This document shows, one piece after another, positions 12,501-24,298 of a stretch of 64,000 bases of DNA. Position numbers and translations under genes: made by a program. Positions within the stretch are counted from its first letter, which is position 1, and each line of letters opens with the position of its first letter. Origin of the DNA: Tubiluchus corallicola (lineage: Eukaryota > Animalia > Priapulida); the NCBI GenBank assembly GCA_030141605.1, contig JAQGDQ010000013.1, positions 186,001-250,000 of the forward strand. The letters run 5' to 3'. A model generated the notes under the pieces. It searched no databases, was not told the origin of the DNA, and saw nothing but the letters and a program-made list of their open reading frames with translations.

Positions 12501-15500
12501 CATAAACACTATAAGGGACTAGTTTTTTTAACTATCTTGTGGATCGATTGTGTACTGTGTAGTTCTTTAAATTCAATAATACAAATGAGAACTTAATTTG
12601 ATTTATACTTGCACTAAAGAAGAACTTCTATCTGCTTTAGTAGTCTTTAACCAGTACCCTATTCGATACGTAAGCTACTTCTTTGGTGTTTAAGCTCGAT
12701 ATTTTGTTGAAAACCCAAATTTGAAATTCGAGCTGCTTATAGCTTTAAAGGTGATAGTTTTACTGATGCGAAAGCCTACTAATTTAATCATTTTCAGTTA
12801 TCAAGTTGTTATTAAATCTATTATTATTAGATTTATATAGTTCTTCATTGGTGAGTCTATTCCTAAAACATCAGAGTTCTACCTGATGAGTTGATTTTTA
12901 CTTTCCTGGTCATCAACTTTTTCTTTCTTTTATTTAATTTATTCATATTTGTGATATGTCTCTTTATCAGATTGGTCCTACTGTCTTGAGTTGAGTTGAG
13001 TAAGTGAGTATGTAACATTACATAGACATGTTGCCTTTATTATTCGAAGCAGTGTGAAGCATGTCACCTTGAGTGAGTGGCAAGCTGCATAGACGTAGCT
13101 TTTATAATAACAGCAGTTTGAATTGTAACAGTTTTGCTTACAGTCCCAGCTGTATCCATCGCAGCGGAATGGCTTCAAGGTTGGAATGAAGATGGAAGCC
13201 ATTGATCCGCAACATCAGTGCCTCTTTTGCGTAGTTACTGTTGAAGAGATACGTGGCTTTCGCCTCCGCCTTCATTTTGACAGCTACTCGGATTGTTTTG
13301 ATTTTTGGGTGAATGCAGATTCAAACGAAATCTTTCCTCCTGGTTGGTGTGAGAAAAATGGGCACATACTACAGGTCCCCAAGAGTGAGTATTAATTATT
13401 GAATATTCACCCTTCTGCTGTCGTTTTCAGTAAATTTTTGAACAGCGGACATTAAATACTGTGTTCTCTTTCCATCGTTATTATTTTAAAAAGTCACTTT
13501 AAAAAATAGCAGTGCTAAATAATGTTCACAAACATATTGTTTGGTTGAACATTAGGTAGTCATTGTCTGTGTAAGTGAAAAGTCAGAAAGCTTCCCAAAC
13601 TTTCTGGGATTTGTGTAACTGCTGTTGAATGTTTAATTAAATGCAACAGTGTTAGTCTCTCATTTGTTTATTTTATTTTACTTATTATATGATTTATATT
13701 ACAAGCTTCCATGTATTTTCTTAAGTTGTCATTTACATTTTTGATCCTCTAGCTTACACCAGTGAGTCTTTCACGTGGGCAAAGTATCTTAAAAGTAGTA
13801 AATGTTCGGCGGCGCCCAAACACTTGTTTCGCATACATAATACGCCTGTAAGTGATGTTCTTATACTGTTTATACTTTTAAAATTTGTCAGATTAGATAA
13901 GTCATACATTTTCAGTTTTGTACATCAATTTTTTTCATTTGAGAATCAGGATATCAAGGATATAAGGATTTTGAAGGTACAGACAGATTTTATTGTCCAG
14001 CTAGTTATTAGTAGAACAAATCAGCTAAATTTAAAGTTACTTAAAGGGTAGTGCTTTCTAATTTTATTCTGTGCTACAAGACCCCAACCACATTACATCT
14101 CAAATATAGCTGTAAAAATAAAAGAAAAATAGTAGATAAGGTTATCTTAAATAACTTTTTTGCTCATCTTTTCTGTGAGATATAAGCAAAAATATGGTAA
14201 TGAAATCAAATGAACCAAACAAATTTAAATCAAACAAGTAAGCTAATAAGAGTCAACAGTAACTTTTTACCCAGTTTACTTCTGTACATTTTGCTTTAGC
14301 TGTGATGGTCAATCTTGTTTTAGATTTGATTACCATCTATATGGCATTTAGTATCAAATTTTGAGGTTGTGTAATTACAACTTGTCTGTTTACTTATTTG
14401 CTCAGCCCTTATGTGCACATTGTTTTGCCCCACATACACTCTCATAATTTGAATGGACTGGGAAGATTCACATGTATTACACTAAAATAAAACAGTTGAT
14501 AACTGCTTTACAAAATTTGTTTCTCAGTTTTGTTTACAGCTAAACTAATATTTCGACGTTCTCTCATATTTTTTTGTGATACTTTGACTGCACCACTATT
14601 TAAAATATAACAACGTACAACGTTTATGTAAGTACTGCCTATTTAAGGTACAACCTCATTGCCGGTCAAAAGTCTGTCAGTAATTAATGATTAACAATGA
14701 TCTTTAGTTTAGGCATCTCAAATGCAGATATCATTTATTAGGTGAGCGTCGTGCCCAGTGGCTTTCGTATTTCATCAAAGCTAGAAGCTGTTGATAAAGC
14801 CAACACTGCACTTATTTGTGTCGCCACCGTAGCTGACATTTATGACAATCGATTTCTTGTACATTTTGATGGCTGGGAAGATGCATATGATTATTGGGCT
14901 GATGCTGGCTCCCCCTACGTTCACCCTGTGGGTTGGTGTCAGGAGAATGATCGGGCTCTGTCACCACCTAATGGTATGAATTCAAAACTTTTTACTTGGT
15001 TAATTTGTTCTTTTATTGATGAATTCAAAATGTACAGTCGTGGCCAAAAGTTTAAGCCCACCTGTGATTACGACATGAATTTTGAGCTTTTTTGATATTC
15101 AATACCATATATTTTCCTTCATCGTGGACCGATTCGTACACACGATGGCTCATTAGGAAGGTAATTGAAAATTGCAAATAAATGTTTGTGTTGCGCATGC
15201 GCAGGACTTACGAGATGATGACGGACTGAGGGAAAATATATGGTACTGAATACCAAAAAAGCTCAAAATTCATGTCGTAATCACAGGTGGGCTTAAACTT
15301 TTGGCCACGACTGTAGTGGAACTGCATTTATTCAGGTGGTTATGTCTCTGCCAGTTTTCCAAATAGATTGTTGTTTTTCTGCAACTTTTAAATATATTCA
15401 AAACAATAAATTAATGTAAAGCCTTAGGAGTTTACCCTCTGCCTGAGAGGCATTGGAATTGCCTAAAAAACTAAATGAGTTTCAGAGCTTTTCCCCAACA

Positions 15501-18500
15501 AATGCAGAATTTATTTTGTGCTTTCCATTTGCAGATTGGATAGATATCAAAAGTTTCACTTGGGAAAAATATCTAGAGGAAACAAACTCGTCAGCCGTTC
15601 CTGCAAGAGCTTTCAAAGTAGTATGTGTATTTTGCTTTATTAACAATGAACTAGATTTGATCTATCATTGGGAAAAATTTAGTGATTTGTTTTGTTTACT
15701 CTTGCCTTAAAATCTAGATTATCTGGTCACAGGCTTCTTTATTTGCCACACTTCTCTTTCCGTTTTCTTTTTGTGTTTTCCCCCTTTTTCCTTTTTTTAG
15801 TCTACTGCCCTGGTTTTCCGTCTCCTCTTTTCTTTTCCTTGCCTTTCCTCGTTTTTTTCTTCCTCTCTCCTGTTTCCTGCCTATTCCCATTTTTTGCCAA
15901 CCTATTTTCTCACCTTTTATAATCTCTACTCTCTTTTATTATATCTTTCCTCATTTTTCTTTTATCATTAACCTGCCATTCCTTCTCTGCCTGGTTTCCC
16001 TACCTACCGTTTCTTCTTCTCATTCTCCTCACATTTCTCTGCTGTCATTCTTTGCTTCAGTTTCATTTTCTCTTCAGTAATATAGCTCAATCATGCAAAT
16101 TATAATTAAAATCAAATTGAATTTTGTTTTTCAAACTCTAATTTAATTGAATGTCCAATGTCCCTTCTTAATAAGCTTAGATAACTAGTATACATTACCA
16201 CTAAATTTTAACAGTTTGTTGACGTTTCTTCCCATTGATTGATTTTGTGTGTTTCAGGAGTAATAGTTGTAGATTTCAACATTGGGGCTTGTTAGAGTTG
16301 GTCAAAATTCAATAAAATTATGTCTAAGCCCTACAGGGTTTGTGCTTAGCAGTTTTTGGGTGTCAGTGCAGTGAGATGCAATTCTTTATGTTTTAATGCT
16401 TTAATGAAACTCTAGCCTTGTGTCTAAAGTAGTAATTGAAAGCCATGTTATGTCATATTAAGGGCAAGTAACTTTTGCTACACATTACTTATGTGACTTT
16501 CTCACCATAATGTTGTATCTTCATGGATATAAAGGGTAAACCTTTAAATGCAACAGTTAAACAGACAAGTCAGAGTAACTGCTATTGTAGCTGCAACTAA
16601 ATTATATGATTTGCTGAGTAACTTTTAAATGTGCTTAACATCTTTATCAAATGAGTAACTAACTCACTACAATTTTTGTTGCTTGTACAGCACTTATATA
16701 TAATGCAGGATAAAGTGCATATTTCTAAGAATATCTCGTAACTAAAGAAACTTCAGCTGCCAAATTGTAGGGAAAAATCCATCATGTCACGGTCTCCAAA
16801 ATATACTGTCACTAACTAGCACCATGAAAAATGGGCATAAAAAATTGCAAAGAATTGTGGTATGTCACTTTGGGTTTGCACTAGATAGAAATTTCAGTAG
16901 ACATACAAGTGGAATTCATTGTATTTATTTTTGTGAGCAAGTTTGACAAGACCATAATGCTTTCGGAGTGGAATGATTTGGTCAACATTTGTTTGCAGAA
17001 AGTGACTTGTAAGAGTAATACACATTTCAGCAGGCATGGCTACAATTATGTAACATAAGATAAGCTGCAAGCAGTAAGATAAACTGCAATTAATGAAGTT
17101 TGTGCCATGTTAGTTTACTGTTGTTGGCATTCAAATTTTTCTGCAATCCTAATTTGTTCGAAGAATGATGAAACTTCAGACTCTAATAAACTGGGCTGTT
17201 TTTTTGAACACAAGTTTTGATGTAAGTCAGATGTTAATTATTAAGCTGATTTTGTAGCGACCCCCGAATGCGTTTGGCGTGGGTATGAAACTTGAAGCAG
17301 TAGATCGGCGTAATCCAATCTTGATTAGAGCAGCAACTATCTGTGATGTAGAAGATTATCGTGTAAAATTACACTTTGATGGCTGGAGCGACATTTATGA
17401 TTACTGGGTGGAGGACGACTCACCAGAGTTACACCCTGCCGGATGGTGCACAAAAACTGGCCATGTTTTAACTCCACCTATTAGTAAGTATCACTAATTC
17501 ATGGACTTATGTCATCCACACTTTATAATTTTAAATTAGAACCTTTGCAGTGAAAGCGAAAACCTTTAGTGATTTTCTTGTTGCTGTTTGCATGTTCAAC
17601 TGTAGTTACTTATTAATAAAACTTTGAGCTAATTTGTTTTAAAATTCATGGAAAAATGGCACACATACCTAACTACATAAGGCTCACAATTTCTTAACAC
17701 AAAACTAGGTAAATTTGTGTCTTAAAAAAATCGTGTTTTTTTAAAAATAACAATGGAGGTAGGACTAATCAGGCTAACATAGTATAATTTGAGCTGTATA
17801 ATGAGGGAGTTTTTTGTACTAACTTAATGTAATTACCCACACAGCTGTAAATTGGATTTATTATTTTTTATGAAATAGATGCAGCACATTTTATACATTG
17901 TTGCCATTACTTAATTATAGGTCCCCAGGATTTAGTGGAACATGTCGGTCAGACAGGTGGCTGTCCTACACCCGGTTGTAAAGGAATTGGGCACATCAGA
18001 GGGGCTAAGTATACAGGTATAAAATTATGCCAGGCATCACATTTCAGTAAAGACTTCATAGTATCATTCTAGTTTGCATAAGTATTATTTCGTATTTAAA
18101 CTAAGACCAGCATTATAAAAGTTAAGTTCTGCTCTTGTGGCTTCATTTTTTCAAGTTTCGAAAGCCTGTATAATCATTACCTAAATCTCAAACACAACAA
18201 ATTTTCAGCTAAATATATATCTTATGTATTGTATTGTTAAGATGTAACACCAAACACACAAAGGAAAACAAATGCCAATCCAAGTCACATATTTTTGTTG
18301 TCACCCAATGTTACTTTTTGTTTTTTTATTTCACAAGTCAGTAAGTCCCATTGCTTTTCTAAATTTTGTCTTCATTTCTTGTTGCATTATGGAGATTCAA
18401 CTCTAATTAGCTTTGTGTAAAGACGAATAATTAGGCCAATTTATCCACCCTGTCTATTTTTAAGAATTTGTAATAGAGGTTTCACTGTTGCTTTGTTTTT

Positions 18501-21500
18501 ATGATGTAGGCCACCATAGTGCTTTTGGCTGCCCTTACTCCGATGTAAATATTAGCAAGATGGGAATTCCAGTTGCTGAGAGGATTGTGTCGACCCTCCC
18601 AAGAGATACACCCGAAAAGAAAGAGATTCAGTCCGAACCAAAGTATGTTTTTGTTTTTTTCATTGCTGTTAATTGCTCAATTGACTGATTGGCAGTATTA
18701 GGCTGGCTGGCTGGCTGACTGATAGATTGATTAACTGACTGGTTTGATTATTGTGTGGCAGTCTTACAAGGTCAAGTCCTTATGAGTAACTCAGGCAATA
18801 TTTTTCTCATTCAGGCAATTATTTCATTTTTTTCAACGTGGTCCCAAACAATGTACTAAGATTTGCACCTATATCCTTATACCAAGACTACCAAGATTAC
18901 AAATACTATCATAATTTGTAGAATATTAGGTGGCCTATTGTTACTTGCTTTTGCCTGGATGCTCGGAAAGGAAAGAGCAGAGACCATTCTTAAAGTCTCT
19001 GGTAAGTTCCACCTTCTGAGCTGAATAAACGTAGAAAACAGATTAGAAAACGTAAAAATGTAATTAGCTCAGCTTTTCCTTTGGTGCACAGCTATTAATA
19101 AATGAGGGTGAATGTTATACGTTTTTTACTGTGTATTTAAACGTAAGTTCACCTGATTTCAAATTCAACAATCACATTTGTCTGAAACAAACAGTTCCTA
19201 GTTTTCTTGTTATAAAAGCATTGTTAGTTTCTATAATTGTTAAAAAATGACTGCCCACTTTCAGGAAGTGTCCAACTAGTGGCTGTGATGGTTCGGGACA
19301 TGTAACAGGCAAATTTACAAATCATTTTTCTGTGTCTGGCTGTCCAAATGTTGAAAAGGCTCACACGCAATCTCCAGTTCTGCCAGTGAGAGGTCGTCCT
19401 GGCCGGCGAAAGTATGTTCAATTTCTACTATAATTCCGTAACTTCATCCTTTAATTTGTCTAGAAAATTCGCGTCATTTTTATCATGATTAATCAATTTC
19501 AGAATTACAAAATTCTCTTATTAAGTGCCAACGACTTAATGATTAACGCTAACTACGTGTTCAACTGACGGTGTGACAAAAGCGCTGTGAATCACACCAG
19601 TGTCACAGATACTATTAAACGGAATCCTGTTTTATGTTGTGTGCTGAACCAGGCAAATGGACAGCTTCTCATCGTCACTCATACATCTGTTACCGTTTGA
19701 ATTTGATTCACTTTTGTAGTATTTTAACTATGACTTGTGTTTTCAGGAAACGACATTTGTTGCTACTTGCTAGAAAGATAAAGCGAGAACAGCAAGGTAA
19801 ACTTGTTAATTCAGACTGCCAGTGACAATGCTAGTTCAAAAAATAGAATTCCTATAACTAATTTGCTGGCGATAAAGGCCATTTTTGCATCTTTTCTTGA
19901 AGCAAATCGAGTAGAAGAAAAAGGATAATCACGTGCCTAATTGCATGATGATGGTTGGCTAAGGCTTTTATATTTGAAACACAAGGAAGACAAGTGGTTA
20001 GCTGTACATATTTTTTTTAAGAATAACTTTCGTGAAAGAATTGTTACCGCAGAAGTTTACTTTTATGCTCACGCCCTATTACATGCATTTCACCATTTGC
20101 TAGTTAGATGGACACAGAGCCTGCTGTTGCATAAAAAACCTCTATGTTCGTTTCTGATGTTGCATGCATTTGTGGTGAACTCGTATGATGACACAACAGT
20201 AGGGCTGTTAGGGAACTTTGAGCATTATCGACATTGATTTCGTGTGCAGAAGACTACTCTTCAAAAATAATTTCTGCAGCTATTGAGATAGTTATAGGTA
20301 GCATATTTCTATGCACCTTGTATGATTAAGAGTTTTGGAGTTGGCCTATCAGCAACAGCTTATCTAAAGCTTCGATATGTTGTGTGTTGTTAACATGCCT
20401 AGACAATCTACAGCTGTATCAATATGCGCTGTGATCAATAATATTTTTTTATTCAGAACATTTAAAGGACTAAGAACGGCTAATTGATAATTCAAATACA
20501 TGGACACTGCCACATTCATTTTTAGCACCAAAATTTGTTATAGGGTTACAGCTTGTTACAGCATCTGTTGCTTTGCCATAAAACACTGTGATGTGCATTT
20601 AGAGATGATCGATAGTTTAAGGACCAGAGGATTTTAAGGCAATATTTGTTGACAGCATTAGGATTGACGGTATTTAGTGCCATTCTGTTATTTTCAGTAT
20701 CAGGAAGCAGTGAGTCGCAGGACTCAAGGCAAAGCCAGATGAACAACTTTGTTCATGACTCAGTGTTCCTTCCACCCGTTTCTGCTCACCCTCGCACGGA
20801 TCTGCCCCTGGGCTGGGATGAACATAGTAAGTTGTTGCCAGAGCTGAATGGATTCAAGAAAGATGAGGTTACTGGATGGTCACTAGATGATGTTTGTAAG
20901 TTCATTAGGAAGCTACCAGGCTGTGCTGAACATGCCGTTGCTTTTAAAGATGAGGTATATAGTTTTTTATTTCGATTATGTTTGTTCATAATTAAAGGCT
21001 AATTGGTATGGATATATTTATTTTGTCTTCTGTCATTACATATACTGCTGATAACAAATACGGTGATGATGATATACAATAATAGCAATAATATGTAAAA
21101 ATTATTAAAAAAATTAATGAAAGCATGCGGGGCACAGGTAAAAATTGCACAGGAAAAAATGGCACGGTAAAAATGGCACAAGAAAAAATGGCACGGTAAG
21201 AATTGCACAGGAAAAAATGGCACGGTAAAAATGGCACAGATAAAAATGGAAGGTAAAAATTGCGCAGGAAAAAATGGCACGGCAAAAATGGCACAGGAAA
21301 AAATGGAAGGTAAAAATGGCACTGGAAAAATGTCACAAATGGAAGAGTAGGTAAAATGGCACAGGAAGAAATGGCAAAGGAATAAATGACATGATAAAAA
21401 ATAGCATACTTAGTAAAATGAGTTTAGCATTAGGTAGGAGTTAATTATTTTAGTTATTTTTACTTCCTTTTTATTTTTCTGCCAAGGAAGTACTTCAGCA

Positions 21501-22435
21501 CTGTTTGTATGTTTGGTTGTCTATTACACAAAAACTACCTAACAGATGTTCACGAAACTTTGTGGAGAAGGCGGGTATATGATGCCAAAATGGGCGTTTT
21601 TTTCGCAAAACTTGACCTTGTACAAAAAAACATTCGTGAAGCACTTCGTAGAGGTCTTAAAAGGAGCGTTCACTTATCTCCGCCAGGACAAACAATTATG
21701 AGTTAGTTCTTAGTTGGAAAAGTGTGTAACACTGCGTATAACCTTTGCTTATTAACATGGATAGCCTTATAATTTCGCTTGGTATGTAAATACGTATATA
21801 TGTCTGTCAGCCTATTAACATCGCCAAAATTAACGGTTAAATAAAAGTATATTAATCCTATGTGGAATATTCGTGAATTATTGATTATAATCCTATTTGG
21901 CGAACAAAGTATTTTGTGAGTCTTTTGCTGGTCTACATAATACCAATACGGATACATTTTTGTATGTTTGCTTGTTTGTCTCAGTTTTATGTTTTTTTAG
22001 TCAAAAGAATCAGACAAATAAGTTTAAGATTGTTCGGCTTTGGCAGAGATCTGCTTCCTACTGAGCGCATTTTAGTTTATTGTAGAAATTAACAGCATGA
22101 AAATAACATGTGGTATTTTTACCTACTTTTCCATTTGTGCCATTTTTATCGTGCTATTTTTTCTTGTGCCATTTTTTCCGGTCCCATTTTTACCCATGCC
22201 ATTTTCACATGTGCCATTTTTACTGCACACTCTAATAAAAATGTAAATGTTTGTGAAATGCAGCAGTAACTGTAATGTGATTTTTTTACAGCAAATAGAT
22301 GGCGAAGCCTTACTGCTACTAACTCAAGCCGACATTATCAAACTGTTGAATGTGAAACTAGGACCAGCTATAAAGATCTACAGCAGTATATTGTTGCTAC
22401 GTGGAGTGACGTCAAACACTGCTGAAAGCAGATAG
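3501..22435 (+). CDS. L3MBTL3: Lethal(3)malignant brain tumor-like protein (l(3)mbt / L3MBTL1/3/4 family), 21 coding exons, ~1226 aa
   Basis: Exons 3501-3711, 5936-6220, 6458-6710, 6968-7073, 8494-8601, 8867-9331, 9984-10077, 10703-10865, 11120-11204, 12178-12381, 13144-13384, 13753-13847, 14742-14973, 15535-15620, 17258-17483, 17921-18016, 18510-18642, 19265-19411, 19747-19796, 20698-20954, 22292-22435. All introns GT-AG, phases match, total 3681 nt. Motifs: [14 protein letters not shown]|FRLNEFG; FCS finger (CENC...FCSQAC); three MBT repeats ([33 protein letters not shown]; HFD...DxW); two C2HC fingers ([11 protein letters not shown]...HHSAFGCP; [11 protein letters not shown]...HFSVSGCP); SAM domain ([10 protein letters not shown]...FKDE|[10 protein letters not shown]...KLGPAIKI). 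The start codon and low-complexity N-terminal exons are less certain than the domain exons. Confidence 0.93.
3780..5318 (+). mobile_element. Helitron/Helentron-like non-autonomous element with internal ~130-155-bp subrepeats
   Basis: Recurrent AAGGTCAC motifs. Four degenerate units start near 4740, 4873, 5020 and 5174 (GAGTTAAA(G/A)TTTG...TAG...AGGA). 3' hairpin ACAGTAG(5282-5288)/CTACTGT(5303-5309) followed by CTAG|T at 5314-5318. Left boundary uncertain. Confidence 0.4.
5645..5810. repeat. Degenerate (TGAA/TGAG)n simple repeat
   Basis: Repeated AATGAATG/TGAGTGAG words visible. Confidence 0.6.
7233..7285. repeat. Perfect 20-bp inverted repeat with 13-nt loop
   Basis: A8-CTTGCTAGCTTG (7233-7252) / CAAGCTAGCAAG-T8 (7266-7285). 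Confidence 0.85.
7680..7817 (+). mobile_element. 3' end of a CR1/L2-like LINE (stem-loop plus microsatellite tail)
   Basis: AGGGCAGG...GACTAGATGACC..GGTCCTTC.CCTGCCCT stem-loop resembles the CR1 3' terminal motif; followed by a (CTATGT)~4 tail at 7791-7817. Confidence 0.45.
9612..9710. repeat. Purine-rich low-complexity tract
   Basis: GAGGAAGAGGAAGAAAAGG... almost entirely A/G. Confidence 0.7.
15035..15313. mobile_element. Tc1/mariner-type MITE (279 bp), 83-bp TIRs, TA TSD
   Basis: TA|CAGTCGTGGCCAAAAGTTTAAGCC...|TA. Left arm 15035-15117 vs right arm 15231-15313 differ at 2 positions. The terminus resembles Tc1 (CAGTGCTGGCCAAAA). Confidence 0.93.
15745..16075. repeat. Polypyrimidine low-complexity tract
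   Basis: About 330 nt dominated by C/T; gives the spurious F/L/P/S ORF 15692..15922. Confidence 0.8.
21128..22232. mobile_element. Foldback-type MITE with tandem AAAAATGGCAC(A/G)GG units in inverted arms
   Basis: Left arm ~21128-21410 has AAAAATGGCAC repeats; right arm ~22110-22232 has the reverse complement GTGCCATTTTT. The landmark CACAAATGGAA(G/A)AGTAGGTAAAA occurs once in each arm, inverted. Confidence 0.8.
21476..22077 (+). mobile_element. Helentron/HINE-like non-autonomous element nested inside the foldback MITE
   Basis: Subterminal IR TCTGCCAAG (21478-21486) / TTTGGCAGA (22039-22047). TGTTTGTATGTTTG microsatellite after the left IR, then AAAAACTAC...TTCACGAAACTT. The 3' end CTACTGAGCGCATTTTAGTT resembles a widespread hairpin-plus-CTAGT-ending family. 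Confidence 0.6.
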
Positions 22436-24247
22436 AAACTACTGTATGTTTCATTGTGTTGCAATCTTTGTAAATATTTGATAAGTGAAAGTCGTTCTTT
22501 AATCCAGGTTTATAATAGTATATCGCTTTGCTCAAGCTAAATTCTTGCATATCATATAACCTACAGGAAAGGTTGCAAAAACTTAAACTGATTCTGCATG
22601 CTAAGAAAATTTTTTACTGCATCATCAATCAGTTTATTACTAGAAAATAAAACGAAATGATTAACTGAGCTGCTAAATTGTTAGGTTCAACTTCTAAGTG
22701 GTATTTATGTCGCAGAAGTGCTAACAAACATATGAAACAACTGAAATGGGATTTGCTGGTATGCTCAAACTGTGTAATATGAGCAGTGGTATGCAAAGTT
22801 TTTGCAACAAACAAGATTGAAGAAACTTCAGCAGTGGCAGAAATGCTTTGCTTTACATATTGTGCATAGTGATGGAAGTTGAATGTCTGTGTTAGCATTT
22901 TCTGCAAAACTTTTGAGTTATTAAATAATTTTATGTTAGTGAATTGCTACCTCGATGAAAAGATGCACAGTTTCACCTGTAAGCTTGGAAGCAGCTCATT
23001 GTAAATATGCGATTTTTTCATATTTTAAAATAGTAGGCTATGAGTTAAATAATTTGTTGTTTTTTGCTTGAGTCTAGTTTAGAATTTAAATTTTTTAGGC
23101 CTTCCTTAGTAAACTTTTGTGACCACATTTGTTTGATCTGCTTTGTGCCTTTTTGAGTTGATGCTTTTGGTATGGAAATGTATTAATACAACAGTTGAAG
23201 TTGATAGTAAGACAGTTAACTGATACATTTGTGAGCACGCATGTTGTGATTTAATTTTACAATTGTTGCTCGAATGGTTAAATTTAAGAGTGTATTTTTT
23301 GTGTTCAAATTGGTAAAAATCATACATAATAGCTGATTTACATTCATTTAACTATAGCTTTGTAAGCCCCAAGTATTTTAATCAGACACATTTGCTGAAC
23401 TTGTATTATAATTTCCTCGACATATTAAATTAGTGAGGAATTCATTTCAGGTGCATGTATATTCGTCCAGGAAACATACATTGCAAATATATTTACAGTG
23501 ATAAAATAAAGAAATTAGTATCTTTCCTTTTCACTTGTAATGATTACAGTTAATTTTAAAACAAAAACATACCACTGTATCTCATTCTTACAGTTTCACT
23601 CATAAGTTTGTTCATATCTTTTGAAATGGTGTACACTATAACAGAATTTTTGTATTCGTTGCGATGGTGCAAAAATGAGTCTTGCAGGCAACAGATTGCA
23701 CCTATCAGTATCGTGTTTCATCCCTCCCCAGGACATGATACGGATGTAACTTTAGCCGATGCCAATGAAAAGGTTCAGTTAAATAAAAAATTTTAGATGT
23801 TTCAGGGTATGTAGTTTTAATGGAAAGTGTTAGAGTTGATTCCATTGCGAATTGTTAGCATGTGACTGATGATAGCCAACCCATTTAAGTTTGAGCTTGG
23901 ATTGTCTGATGTATACAGAAATGCATTTTTCTTGTTGGTGCTTTTGTTTCTTTGCTTGAAAGTATTGTGTCTAAAAAAGTTTGTAGTGTGATGATAATTC
24001 AAGATTGTTGGATTATCAGTAGTATATATTGTTATTGTTTTGCTCGTAGTACTATTATTGTAGCTTAAACAGTAAAGTAAATGTTATTTGTTATGCAGTT
24101 ATTATTACGATTATTTTGTTTTGTGGATCAGTTAAGCTAATTATTCACATAATTCGAGAACTGATTTCTGAATGTGTGGGTTACATATACAAGGTACATC
24201 AATTACAGATATTGCACCAATCTTTGCAAGAAATATTATTTAAGAAA

Positions 24248-24298
24248 AATAAAATTAAGGGGACAGACTGACAGTACAAAATCACAGAATTTTTTATT
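24248..24298. terminator. Opposed polyadenylation signals of L3MBTL (+) and RNF144 (-)
   Basis: AATAAA on + at 24248-24253 and on - at 24298-24293. Strand composition switches from T-rich to A-rich here, as expected where two 3' UTRs meet. Confidence 0.5.

Noticed and set aside
17921-19411. Two C2HC zinc fingers plus FCS finger in L3MBTL as a novel architecture
   Set aside because: Two C2HC fingers with 3 MBT and SAM are known in l(3)mbt/L3MBTL4-type proteins.
20992-21336. Repetitive F/C/P ORFs and CRISPR-like appearance of the AAAAATGGCAC array
   Set aside because: Units are 13-15 nt with no unique spacers and have an inverted partner arm; this is a foldback transposon in a eukaryote.
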